Assembly (NCBI GenBank): GCA_040876885.1
Contig: JBBDOU010000002.1
Location: 1-44,420 of the forward strand
Length of the DNA: 44,420 nucleotides
Reading direction: 5' to 3'
DNA from: Minisyncoccota bacterium
GTDB lineage: Bacteria; Patescibacteriota; Minisyncoccia; Phycocordibacterales; JABMNX01
The translations under genes were made by a program, and so were the position numbers. Position 1 is the stretch's first letter. Every line of letters begins with the position of its first letter. Shown piece after piece: positions 34,086 through 43,422 of the stretch. The notes beneath the pieces are model-generated. The model was not told the origin of the DNA. It saw only the letters and a list, made by a program, of their open reading frames with translations, and made no database searches.

Positions 34086-37058
34086 ATGGCAGAATCAGCT
34101 ACATTTAACACACTCTATAAGAAGCTTAATCCTGAGCAAAAGAAGGCTGTAGACGCTATCGAGGGGCCTGTAATGGTCGTTGCAGGGCCTGGAACAGGGA
34201 AGACGCAGATTCTTACCCTTCGTATAGCGCACATCATTAAAAAGACCGATACGCCACCTGATGCAATCCTCGCACTCACCTTTACTGAGTCGGGCGTATT
34301 TTCAATGCGGAAGCGCCTTGTTGAGATAATAGGAAGCGCAGCATATCGGGTGCGGATTCATACATTCCACGGATTTTGTAATGATGTTATCAAAAGATTC
34401 CCTGATGAGTTTCCACGAATCATTGGTTCTGAAAACCTTACTGATATCGACAAACTCACGATGCTTCGCACAATTATTTTAAATTCCTCTCTGAGTAAGT
34501 TAAAACCGTTTGGAGATAATTTTTATTACCTAAATCCTATTCGTTCAAAAATAGGGGAGTTAAAGCGGGAGTACATTACACCAGAGCAGTTTGAAGCGTC
34601 CAGTAAGGAGGAGGAAAAAGCGTTCAAGAGTCTTGATGATTTGTATTATGAAAGTGGAAAGCATGAAGGGAAGATGCGTGGGAAGTATCAAGCATGGGAG
34701 AAGCAGATAGAAAAAAATAAAGAACTTGTAGAAGTATATAAACTCTATGAAGCACAGCTTCGGTTTGAGAAACGCTACGATTATGAGGATATGATTGTTG
34801 AGGTAATTAGCTCACTTGAAAAAAATAGTGACCTACTCTTGCGACTTCAGGAGGAGTATCACTATATCCTTGCTGACGAACACCAAGATGCAAACTTCTC
34901 ACAGAACAGACTTCTTGAATTACTTGCAAGTTTCCACGACAACCCAAACCTGTTTATTGTGGGCGACGAGAAACAGGCTATTTTTCGATTTCAAGGAGCG
35001 ACACTTGATAATTTCTCTTACTTTAAGACATTGTATCCGTCTGCTGAAGTCGTGATGCTCTCAGTCGGGTATCGCTCTCACCAAACAATTCTTGACTCAG
35101 CGCATAGCCTTATATCAGAAGAGTCCTCAGAACATATCCCACTTACTTCGTTTATAGGAGATGGAGGCAAGGTTTCGGTTCGCTCTTTCTCAAAAGAAGA
35201 TTTTGAACATGCGTTTCTTACACACGACATAAAACAGAAGCTTGATAGAGGAGTGCCACCGCACGAGATTGCAGTGCTCTACCGCACCAATAGAAATGCT
35301 GATGCACTGATGAGGATGTTTGAAAAAGCCGACATTCCTTTTGTTGTGGAATCAGATCAGAACGTTTTGCATGACGCAGACATGCGTAAGCTTATCTTAC
35401 TCTTCCGTACCGCAGGAGATATTGGAAACGATGCACTCCTACTACAGGCACTTCATATAAACTTCCTAGGAATAGAGATGCTCGATATCTATAGACTTAT
35501 GCAATATGCGCGAAAAGGTCGTACTAATCTGTACGACATACTCAAGAGTAAAAAAGAACTCACCAATGCACGGGTAGAAGATGTTTCAGAACTGCATGAG
35601 CTCTATATGAGTATACGCTCGTGGTCTGAGTCAGGGCACAACACTACCGCACTTGAGTTTTTTGATACCATCGTAAATGAATCTGGGTTCCTTAAGTACG
35701 TACTCTCACTTCCTCAAGCTGCTGACAAGCTTGATAAGCTCACGAGTTTTTTCCATGATATACAGATGCTTTCAGGTGCGCATAAAGATTGGCGCCTCCC
35801 AGAGCTCCTTGACTATCTTGTGATGCTCGAGGAGCACAACATCGTGGTGAAGAAAGAGTCTAGGATTTCAGTACCCAAAAGCGTACGGCTTATGACTGCA
35901 CATAAGTCAAAGGGGTTAGAGTTTGATTTTGTCTATATTGTTGGTGCTCGTGATACACACTGGGGAAACAGGCGAGACATTAACCATTTCAAAGGACACA
36001 GCGCGACTGCAGTCGACACAAACGCAGAAGAGCGACGCCTCTTTTATGTGGCGCTCACTCGCGCTCGGCATGGCGTCGCTATCAGTTATGCTCGTGAAAA
36101 TGAAGGTGGGCGACAGCAACTCCCAGCTCAGTTTATTGAAGAGATTAATCCACAGTACCGGCAAGAGGAGTCCATGGAGTCTTTTGAGAAAGAGATTCAT
36201 AAAGAAGCGCTCTTTAAGAAAAAAGAAAATACCTCGATTCCGTCAATTTCAGACAAAGCATTTCTTAATCAGCTTTTTATAGAGCAGGGCCTTTCAGTAA
36301 CCGCGCTTAATAATTTTCTTAAAAGCCCGTGGCAGTATTTTTATGCGAACCTTTTACGGGTTCCGGCTGTGCCCAGCAAGCACCAACTGTATGGTATCGC
36401 AATCCACGCTGCGCTTAAATACTATTTTGACTCCTTTAAAGAAGGAAAAGATATCGGAGAGAAAAAATTGTGTGCGGTGTTTAATGAATCACTTCGCCGT
36501 CAACCAATGACCGATATAGAGTACGAAGAATCTCTTGAAAAAGGTACCGCATCGCTTTCTGGATATTATAATCATTATAAAAACACATGGGGGAGTACGA
36601 TTTTAAATGAGTTTATGGTGAGTGTTGACCTCCCGCTTGAGATACCAGAATTGCCCACGATTAACGTAAGAGGAATATTTGATAAAGTTGTCATCGAGGG
36701 AGACACAGTCACCGTCGTTGACTACAAGACAGGAAAACCAAAAACTCGTGGGGAAATAGAGGGAAGTACAAAAGATTCAAATGGAGATTATAAACGACAG
36801 CTCGTGTTTTATAAACTTCTTTTAAGTCTTCACAATAATGGGCAATATACCATGACGCACGGAGAGATAGAGTTTGTAGAACCTGATGTAAAAGGGAAGT
36901 ACCACAAAGAACGTTTTGAAATAACCGATGAGGATGTTGAAGTCCTTAAAGCAGAAATACGTGATGCTTCAGAGAGCATTCTTAGTCTTGATTTTTGGGA
37001 GAAGCCCTGTGACCCTTCTGTTTGCAATTTCTGTGAACTACGAGAACTATTGATGTAG
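34086..37058 (+). CDS. UvrD/PcrA-family SF1 helicase with C-terminal PD-(D/E)XK nuclease domain
   Basis: AGPGTGKT, LTFT, TFHGF, DEHQD, VGDEKQAIF, TAHKSKGLEF, EERRLFYVALTRA; RGIFDKV...VDYKTG. Confidence 0.92.
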   Translation: MAESATFNTLYKKLNPEQKKAVDAIEGPVMVVAGPGTGKTQILTLRIAHIIKKTDTPPDAILALTFTESGVFSMRKRLVEIIGSAAYRVRIHTFHGFCNDVIKRFPDEFPRIIGSENLTDIDKLTMLRTIILNSSLSKLKPFGDNFYYLNPIRSKIGELKREYITPEQFEASSKEEEKAFKSLDDLYYESGKHEGKMRGKYQAWEKQIEKNKELVEVYKLYEAQLRFEKRYDYEDMIVEVISSLEKNSDLLLRLQEEYHYILADEHQDANFSQNRLLELLASFHDNPNLFIVGDEKQAIFRFQGATLDNFSYFKTLYPSAEVVMLSVGYRSHQTILDSAHSLISEESSEHIPLTSFIGDGGKVSVRSFSKEDFEHAFLTHDIKQKLDRGVPPHEIAVLYRTNRNADALMRMFEKADIPFVVESDQNVLHDADMRKLILLFRTAGDIGNDALLLQALHINFLGIEMLDIYRLMQYARKGRTNLYDILKSKKELTNARVEDVSELHELYMSIRSWSESGHNTTALEFFDTIVNESGFLKYVLSLPQAADKLDKLTSFFHDIQMLSGAHKDWRLPELLDYLVMLEEHNIVVKKESRISVPKSVRLMTAHKSKGLEFDFVYIVGARDTHWGNRRDINHFKGHSATAVDTNAEERRLFYVALTRARHGVAISYARENEGGRQQLPAQFIEEINPQYRQEESMESFEKEIHKEALFKKKENTSIPSISDKAFLNQLFIEQGLSVTALNNFLKSPWQYFYANLLRVPAVPSKHQLYGIAIHAALKYYFDSFKEGKDIGEKKLCAVFNESLRRQPMTDIEYEESLEKGTASLSGYYNHYKNTWGSTILNEFMVSVDLPLEIPELPTINVRGIFDKVVIEGDTVTVVDYKTGKPKTRGEIEGSTKDSNGDYKRQLVFYKLLLSLHNNGQYTMTHGEIEFVEPDVKGKYHKERFEITDEDVEVLKAEIRDASESILSLDFWEKPCDPSVCNFCELRELLM

Positions 37059-37078
37059 CGCCTCTTTATCTTGGTTTG

Positions 37079-37840
37079 TTAGTTAGGGACAACAGGAACT
37101 GTTGTATCTCCCGAATCATTTAAAAGTGTCTCTATAACTCGTCGCATAGCCTCAATTGGTTGCGATCCTTCTATTGGCGCTTGCTGATCTCCGACAAAGA
37201 TAACATTGTGTGGGGTTCCTCGCCCTCCCGCTGCAATAACTTCATCAAATTGTGACTGTACTTTTTCTGTGTACCGTCCTGAATCAACACATGATTGGAG
37301 TGCTACAGGGTCTAGTCCAACATCGCTTGCAATAGTAGCGAGCTGGTTTAGGTTAAGTCCGTTATTTGAGGGGGTTACTTCGAAGAGCCTATCAGCATAG
37401 TCCCAGAATCCTTGGTTACCTCCAAGCTCAGCAGCACATTCTGTTGCCTCAGCCTCTTTTGCCGCCTTTGAGTGGAGTTGTGTTATCGGGAAGTGTCGAT
37501 ATATCCATGCTACATCGCCACTCGCTCCGTACTCATCAATTATTGTATGAAGCACCGCATGGTATTCCTTACAGAACGGACATTCAAAATCTGAGTACTC
37601 AACAATTACTATCTTAGCATCAGGGTTACCAAGTATATGGTCATCAGCAGAAGGTGCGGGAACACGGCGCTCCGTTTCTGTACCGAGTGTCGCGGGGGAC
37701 GTAGTATTGTTTGCAAAATAAAGTGAGCCGGCGATAAGTGCTCCCGCTATTATTATAGCGACCGGGATAGTGTATTTCCTACTCGGCTCGTTTCGTTCTG
37801 AGGAATCTCGTGTTTCTCCTTCGTTTGTGTAGTTGTCCAT
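37079..37840 (-). CDS. DsbA/BdbD-family thioredoxin-fold oxidoreductase, membrane anchored
   Basis: EYSDFECPFC, RHFP, GTP; N-terminal TM helix. Confidence 0.92.
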   Translation of the reverse strand: MDNYTNEGETRDSSERNEPSRKYTIPVAIIIAGALIAGSLYFANNTTSPATLGTETERRVPAPSADDHILGNPDAKIVIVEYSDFECPFCKEYHAVLHTIIDEYGASGDVAWIYRHFPITQLHSKAAKEAEATECAAELGGNQGFWDYADRLFEVTPSNNGLNLNQLATIASDVGLDPVALQSCVDSGRYTEKVQSQFDEVIAAGGRGTPHNVIFVGDQQAPIEGSQPIEAMRRVIETLLNDSGDTTVPVVPN

Positions 37841-37902
37841 GTTTATAAGCAGTAATTAAATAATGTAGGATTAGTGTATCATATATAGGTTAAGCAAAAC
37901 AT

Positions 37903-38700
37903 ATGGACATATTCTCTGGATTAATATTAGGCGCAGTGCAGGGACTTACTGAGTTTCTGCCCATTTCTTCTTCAGGGCACCTTATTTTGGTGCGCGAAGT
38001 ACTTGGTATCCAGACCGAGTTTGGACTCTCAGTGGACGCAGTATTACAGCTCGCAACATCGCTCGCAATTCTCCTTTATTTCTGGCGTGATTTCTGGGGT
38101 ATAGCAGTGTCTGCATGGAATTGGCTTCGTGGACATACAATTCCTTCAAAAGATGGGATTCTCCTCGGAGCGCTTGCTATCGGTACTATTCCTGCGGTGA
38201 TTCTTGGACTCCTCCTTGAAGATATGATGATGACCTCTTTCAGAAACGTCGAACTTGTCGCGTGGACACTCCTTCTTGGCGCCGCACTTTTTTGGGTTGC
38301 TGAAAGACTTTCAAAAAAGACACAAGACCTCAATCTTAAACGTGGGTTTTGGATTGGGATGTTTCAATCGCTCGCACTTATTCCTGGGATGTCGCGCTCA
38401 GGGGTCACTATAGCGGGAGGACTGCTGTTAGGACTTTCTCGTGAAGAGGCGACACGATTTGCATTTATGCTTGGTTTCCCAATTATCTTTGGTTCTGGTA
38501 TGAAGAAGACACTTGAGCTTGGTTCAAATCACGGACTTGCTCAACTTGGACTCCCGCTTCTTATAAGCGCAGTGACTGCGTTTGTGGTGGGAATAGTCGC
38601 AATGCACTTTATGGTGCGTTACTTAAAGAACCACTCTCTTAATATTTTTATATTCTATCGAATAGCACTCGCCATCCTCATCTTTGTATTTATTGTTTAG
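37903..38700 (+). CDS. uppP: Undecaprenyl-diphosphatase
   Basis: VQGLTEFLPISSSGHL, PGMSRSG; polytopic membrane protein. Confidence 0.96.
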   Translation: MDIFSGLILGAVQGLTEFLPISSSGHLILVREVLGIQTEFGLSVDAVLQLATSLAILLYFWRDFWGIAVSAWNWLRGHTIPSKDGILLGALAIGTIPAVILGLLLEDMMMTSFRNVELVAWTLLLGAALFWVAERLSKKTQDLNLKRGFWIGMFQSLALIPGMSRSGVTIAGGLLLGLSREEATRFAFMLGFPIIFGSGMKKTLELGSNHGLAQLGLPLLISAVTAFVVGIVAMHFMVRYLKNHSLNIFIFYRIALAILIFVFIV

Positions 38701-38706
38701 ATTTGG

Positions 38707-39288
38707 TTAAAACGGGAGTGAGTGTGTCATTGAGGCGCTTTCCCCGCTTCCTTTTTCCCAATGTGCGGTATCAAGCTTGATTTCTTTCTTATCGGAGAAG
38801 TCCATGTAGTAGAGTGCGCCATGTTTCAATGCGTAGTCGTAGACCTCTTTTGTAATACGTACGTCATCGAGACAGTATTTTATTATTTTATCTATCTCTC
38901 CAGACGCCCACCACCGCACCGCATCAAGTCCATGTCCACTCTTTTTCTCTCCTAACGTCCCTTCAGCAACAGAGTCAAGACGGAGACGTCTTCCAAGGGA
39001 CTCTTTTATTTCTTTTAGAATATCAAGGCTTTTTATTCTTGTTAAGTCACCGTGGTAGTACTTGTTAAGCAGAGGAATATCAAAATGATTAGAGTTATAG
39101 CCGATCAGCATGTCTGTTTTTTCGAGTAGTGACCATAACTGAGGAAGCTCTTCTTGAGTGTACGAGTGGTACGTGTCAGTTTCATAATCGTAAATACACA
39201 CCACTGATATATCTAAAGCAGCAGGGTCTGCCTTTCCCACATCCTCAAACGTATTCCTTGTCTCAATATCAAAAACTACTTTTTTCAT
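38707..39288 (-). CDS. RNase H-like DEDDy 3'-5' exonuclease domain protein (YprB-like)
   Basis: FDIET, GYNSNHFDIP, YCLDDV. Confidence 0.8.
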   Translation of the reverse strand: MKKVVFDIETRNTFEDVGKADPAALDISVVCIYDYETDTYHSYTQEELPQLWSLLEKTDMLIGYNSNHFDIPLLNKYYHGDLTRIKSLDILKEIKESLGRRLRLDSVAEGTLGEKKSGHGLDAVRWWASGEIDKIIKYCLDDVRITKEVYDYALKHGALYYMDFSDKKEIKLDTAHWEKGSGESASMTHSLPF

Positions 39289-39309
39289 AATACGTAATCG
39301 CGGGTCTGC

Positions 39310-40563
39310 CTACACTTTAGAGAAAATATAATCAACAAGAGCATCTTCCTTAAGCGTTTCTGACTCACCGCTTTCAAGGTGTTTTATCGTCACGGTATCA
39401 TTTTTCATTTCATCTTCTCCTATGCAGATAACAAAAGGAATTTGTTTTTTATCAGCAATCTTTATTTGGTCACCAACTTTTTTGTCAGAGAGTGAGACTT
39501 CAGCATTAATATCCTGCTCTCGAAGTTTTAGTGCGAGTGCTTGAGCGTAGGCCTTAGCTTCTTGTGTTAACGTGCAGAGATAGAGTTCTGTACGAGCTGA
39601 ATATTCTGGCAGGAGATTGTGGGTTCCAAGGAAATCAGCAATAGTCACATCACCCATACCAAAACCAACAGCAGGAATACTTTCTCCACCAAAGAGTTCA
39701 AGAAGGTTATCATAGCGCCCTCCACCAAAGAGTGAGCGATTATTTTCCTCTGAGGTGTCAAAGACTTCAAAGACAACGCCGGTGTAGTAGTCAAAACCAC
39801 GGACAATAGAGGTGTCAATGATTACGTTTGTGACACCAAGCGTTTTCAACTGTGCGCATACAGACTCAAGGTCAGTACTGCTACTGGTACGACTGAGTCT
39901 CTCGGTAAATGCTTCCGCGTGTTCTCCAAGAAGCTCTGTTAACTGTGCATCAAAATCCTCTATTTTCTCTCGTTTATCAAGAAGGCGCATTGTCTGTGCT
40001 TGGACTTCTTTTGATATGGCAAATTCTTCAAACAGTGTTGTGAGGACGCGCCGGTCGCTGATACGGATTTCAAAATCTTCTTCTTTTGCACCAAATGTTT
40101 TCATGAGTGTCGAAGCAAGCGATATGATTTCTACTTCAGCGTCAATCGAAGCGACACCAAAGATATCAGCATTTAATTGCCAATGCTCTCGGACTCGTCC
40201 TCGCTGTGGTCGTTCATAGCGGAATACGTTTGGTATTGAGTACCAACGTAAAGGAAGTACAAGGTCGTTTCGTTTCCCCGCAATCATCCGTGCAAGTGTC
40301 GGAGTCATTTCAGGGCGTAGTGTGACACTGCGATCACCGCGGTCAGTAAAGGTGTATGTCTGCTCGTGCACAATCTCGTTACTCGTTTTGCTTTGGTAGA
40401 GCTCAGTTGGCTCAAGAATTGAAGCGCCATACTCCGTATACCCAAATCCCTCTACCACACGACTCATCGTGTCGAAAATATAGCGCTGAATATACATATC
40501 CTTAGGATAGAAATCCCGTACGCCCTTGTATGGTTCTGTGTTCAGCTTTGTATTGTCTGCCAT
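39310..40563 (-). CDS. hisS: Histidine--tRNA ligase
   Basis: KGVRDF, LRPEMT, FRYERPQRGR, VRGFDYYTG, GGGRYD, AVGFGMG. Confidence 0.97.
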   Translation of the reverse strand: MADNTKLNTEPYKGVRDFYPKDMYIQRYIFDTMSRVVEGFGYTEYGASILEPTELYQSKTSNEIVHEQTYTFTDRGDRSVTLRPEMTPTLARMIAGKRNDLVLPLRWYSIPNVFRYERPQRGRVREHWQLNADIFGVASIDAEVEIISLASTLMKTFGAKEEDFEIRISDRRVLTTLFEEFAISKEVQAQTMRLLDKREKIEDFDAQLTELLGEHAEAFTERLSRTSSSTDLESVCAQLKTLGVTNVIIDTSIVRGFDYYTGVVFEVFDTSEENNRSLFGGGRYDNLLELFGGESIPAVGFGMGDVTIADFLGTHNLLPEYSARTELYLCTLTQEAKAYAQALALKLREQDINAEVSLSDKKVGDQIKIADKKQIPFVICIGEDEMKNDTVTIKHLESGESETLKEDALVDYIFSKV

Positions 40564-40611
40564 AGTCGCTCAATTGTAACGAAAAATGCTTGTAAAATCT
40601 AGCGACACGGA

Positions 40612-41136
40612 TTAGAGCACTGGAGGAGGGTTTTGTGCATGGGTGTCTACATGGCTTAAAATTTTTCGTTTGATATGTTCGGGGTTGTTAACTCCTTTGA
40701 TAACAAATTCTCCAGTTTCACCAGCGGTCTGTACGAGTACATCACCGAATCCAAGCACTGTTGCGATAATGCCCTCTATTTCAAGCGTGACGTCTTGGAT
40801 TCGTTCCATTCTTAACGTTGATACCTCACGATGGAAGAGACCTTTTTGGTCAATGTTTACAATCCGGCGGTCGGTCACTATCCAGACATCGAGGTAGTAG
40901 TCAGTCCATATCGCAAAGAATTTTGCCCAGAGTAATAGTGTCCAGACACTTGCAAGAAATAGGGGAAGTGATTCATGTAACGTGGGAAGCGCAATATCAG
41001 GTTGATTCATAAGTAGATTCCACCCAATAAACGGAATAAAATACACGATAAAGATGCCGGCGGAATCTCTAAAAAGTAGAAACCAGTGTTTCCGTGCTTT
41101 GATGTCGATATGTTCTCCTTCTTGTAAGTGCAACAT
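40612..41136 (-). CDS. Membrane protein with bacterial PH domain
   Basis: Two TM helices then VTDRRI...GLF.......IQDV......GFGDV.VQTAG. Confidence 0.8.
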   Translation of the reverse strand: MLHLQEGEHIDIKARKHWFLLFRDSAGIFIVYFIPFIGWNLLMNQPDIALPTLHESLPLFLASVWTLLLWAKFFAIWTDYYLDVWIVTDRRIVNIDQKGLFHREVSTLRMERIQDVTLEIEGIIATVLGFGDVLVQTAGETGEFVIKGVNNPEHIKRKILSHVDTHAQNPPPVL

Positions 41137-41160
41137 GGTGGTAGATGTGATTGATAATGG

Positions 41161-41400
41161 TTATGGAAGCAGTGACGCAAACGAGATTATCGTGATGATG
41201 AGAATAATACCACTGACGCCGAGGTAGATAATTGTCGCAAGAAGCGAAGTCAGCACGTTCATACCATAGCGGAACCAGTGATAGACAAGGAATATACTAT
41301 AGATAAAAAAGACCAAGACCGCGCCAGCGAATACATACCAAAGAATATCAGGGGTAAGCCTGTCTAAAGGAAGTAGAAAAAGATTGTTATCGTCTGACAT
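41161..41400 (-). CDS. Small two-TM membrane protein
   Basis: Two hydrophobic helices flanking YHWFRYG. Confidence 0.7.
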   Translation of the reverse strand: MSDDNNLFLLPLDRLTPDILWYVFAGAVLVFFIYSIFLVYHWFRYGMNVLTSLLATIIYLGVSGIILIITIISFASLLP

Positions 41401-41498
41401 TACCTACTATTTTCTCACAAAAGGACGAGATAATCCAAGAAGATGTGTGTAATAACTCCACCAGACACATATTCCTGTGGTATACTCTACTTTCTTTT

Positions 41499-41912
41499 AT
41501 GAAGAAAGTCTTCAATAAAAATGATTTCACAGTAATCCGCGCCGAGAAAGGTGCGGGCCTTGGTTTGGTGACAAAACGGGATTTTAAAAAAGACGATTTT
41601 GTTATTGAGTACATAGGGCCAGTACTCACCGCAGAAGAAGCAAATAAAAAAGGAGGAAAATATCTTTTTGAAATAAACTCTAAGTGGACGATTGATGGAA
41701 CAACGCGAGATAATTTGGCGCGATATATAAATCACTCATGCAAACCAAACTGTGAGGTTGATACATCAGGGAAGAGGGTCTTTGTTTCAGCTATCAAGCG
41801 CATAAAGGCAGGAGAGGAGCTCACGTATGACTACGGAGAGGAATATTTTAAGGAGTATATAAAACCACTGGGGTGTAAGTGTAGTCACTGCACTTCAAAG
41901 AAGGCAAAGTAA
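41499..41912 (+). CDS. SET-domain protein-lysine methyltransferase
   Basis: GLGL, IEYIG, ARYINHSCKPNC, GEELTYDYG, post-SET-like CKCSHC; start moved to ATG 41499. Confidence 0.93.
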   Translation: MKKVFNKNDFTVIRAEKGAGLGLVTKRDFKKDDFVIEYIGPVLTAEEANKKGGKYLFEINSKWTIDGTTRDNLARYINHSCKPNCEVDTSGKRVFVSAIKRIKAGEELTYDYGEEYFKEYIKPLGCKCSHCTSKKAK

Positions 41913-42142
41913 AGAGCGTCTTTGGGAATACCCGTATCGGAAAGCCAGGAGTACCTGATAAAGAAAGAGCACACTCCTTTCATTCGAATGGTCTTTAAAT
42001 ACGTTGAGCCCGCAATCCCATTTGTGTTTGCATCAACGCATGGACTCATTGGATTTGGAACCTGGTTCGGATTTCTAAACTTCGGCGTCGCCACATAGGC
42101 GACGTCGTTTCATTTTATATCGTAGACTATCTTATACATAAG

Positions 42143-42190
42143 AAAAACAAAAAACCACAGTGTGAAATCACACTGTGGTTTTTTGTTTTT
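42143..42190 (-). terminator. Terminator downstream of the cold-shock gene
   Basis: AAAAACAAAAAACCACAGTGTGA-AA-TCACACTGTGGTTTTTTGTTTTT. Confidence 0.85.
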
Positions 42191-42192
42191 AG

Positions 42193-42393
42193 TTAAACGC
42201 GGTTAACGTTTACTGCTTGGGGACCTTTTTGTCCTTCTGTTACTTCGAATTCAACTGTATCGCCCTCGTTAAGAGACTCGAAATCAGCTCCTTGAAATTC
42301 GTTAGCGTGGAAGAAAAGATCTTTTTCCTGCCCCTCAACCTTGATAAAGCCGTAGCCCTTATCCATGATGCGAGCAATAGTTCCTTTTTGCAT
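42193..42393 (-). CDS. Cold-shock protein
   Basis: MQKGTI...KGYGFI (RNP1), LFFH (RNP2), GQKGPQAVNV; 66 aa. Confidence 0.95.
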   Translation of the reverse strand: MQKGTIARIMDKGYGFIKVEGQEKDLFFHANEFQGADFESLNEGDTVEFEVTEGQKGPQAVNVNRV

Positions 42394-42578
42394 TGCTGTA
42401 AATCTAAATCGAATAAATCTCAAAATCACTCTAAAAGATTAAACTCGACTCAGTTATCTATCTAGTAGCTATTTGATGTGACCATTGTATTACACAAACT
42501 CTAAAATGTCAACACCTCTCTTTTGGTGCTTGTGTTTATAACTCGGGCGGGTCATAGTGGAGGAAGTAATAGCTTTGA

Positions 42579-42974
42579 GTGCAAAGGGAGGGTTGTGTGT
42601 ACAAGAGATTTCTACTTAGTGTGAGCATCGTGTTCATTTTAACGGGCTGTGACGGAATATCGAGACACTTTCTAGAGAAAAGTACTGACTTGTATAAGGA
42701 TTTCACTGTTGTGTCCGGACATATTCAGTCAAAAGCCGAGTTGGCATACGGAAAAGGAGAGACGGAACGCGCAGATGAGCTCTATAAAGATTTTGATGAC
42801 TTAGCGACTGCGTGTGCGTATCTTCAAGAATCCGGGTATAAAAAGTTTTTTGGAGAGATACTCAGTTTCAGTTTAAAGATGGCTACAATCAATTCTCTTC
42901 CAATGTGCGAAGATGAAGTTCATAAAAAACAAGAAAAATTTCCAGGCTATAGGAAATCAAAAGTATGGAACTAA
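42579..42974 (+). CDS. Putative small lipoprotein
   Basis: Hydrophobic signal with lipobox LTGC; start uncertain (GTG 42579 or GTG 42597). Confidence 0.55.
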   Translation: MQREGCVYKRFLLSVSIVFILTGCDGISRHFLEKSTDLYKDFTVVSGHIQSKAELAYGKGETERADELYKDFDDLATACAYLQESGYKKFFGEILSFSLKMATINSLPMCEDEVHKKQEKFPGYRKSKVWN

Positions 42975-43003
42975 TCCCCGCAATATCGAATATTGCGGGG
43001 ATT
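42973..43003 (+). terminator. Intrinsic terminator
   Basis: AATCCCCGCAATAT-CGA-ATATTGCGGGGATT. Confidence 0.75.
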
Positions 43004-43029
43004 TTAGACGTCTTCCTTAAAGTGTAAGA

Positions 43030-43070
43030 GAAAACACACTGCTGTTATAATGAGACAGCAGTGTGTTTTC
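43030..43070 (-). terminator. Terminator after the small basic ORF
   Basis: GAAAACACACTGCTGT / ACAGCAGTGTGTTTTC 16-bp stem. Confidence 0.75.
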
Positions 43071-43077
43071 AAAGAAA

Positions 43078-43194
43078 CTATTTCTTCTTGCTTGCTTTAG
43101 CTGCTAACATTTCGTGTTTAACCGCGAGGCGTTTCTGTGTCTTTTTTGAACGTGAAGTTCTATTTTTTTCTATTCCTGTTACTCGTTTTGCCAT
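43078..43194 (-). CDS. 38-aa highly basic small protein (absent from the ORF track)
   Basis: MAKRVTGIEKNRTSRSKKTQKRLAVKHEMLAAKASKKK*; terminator 7 nt downstream; TATACT upstream at 43320-43325. Confidence 0.65.
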   Translation of the reverse strand: MAKRVTGIEKNRTSRSKKTQKRLAVKHEMLAAKASKKK

Positions 43195-43289
43195 AGATTT
43201 TGTTATGAATGATAATGAATTAAAAATCTTACGTACTCCTTGAGGGTGCCATAGATTTTGTTATGAATGATAATGAATTAAAAATCTTA
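43189..43289. repeat. 43-bp exact direct repeat with a 15-bp spacer
   Basis: TGCCATAGATTTTGTTATGAATGATAATGAATTAAAAATCTTA at 43189-43231 and 43247-43289. Confidence 0.95.
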
Positions 43290-43422
43290 AATTCCTCTTC
43301 CAGATCGCTATAAGACGTTAGTATACACTATTTATTGGTTAGGTTAAGAGGGAAATCCTGATTTCTTAAGATACGTGAACGTGCTTACATACCAGTGAAA
43401 ATTGTGCTAGTATTTTGTGATT

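Noticed and set aside
43189-43289. CRISPR array
   Set aside because: Only two repeats, a 15-bp spacer, no cas genes, and the repeat contains a gene start
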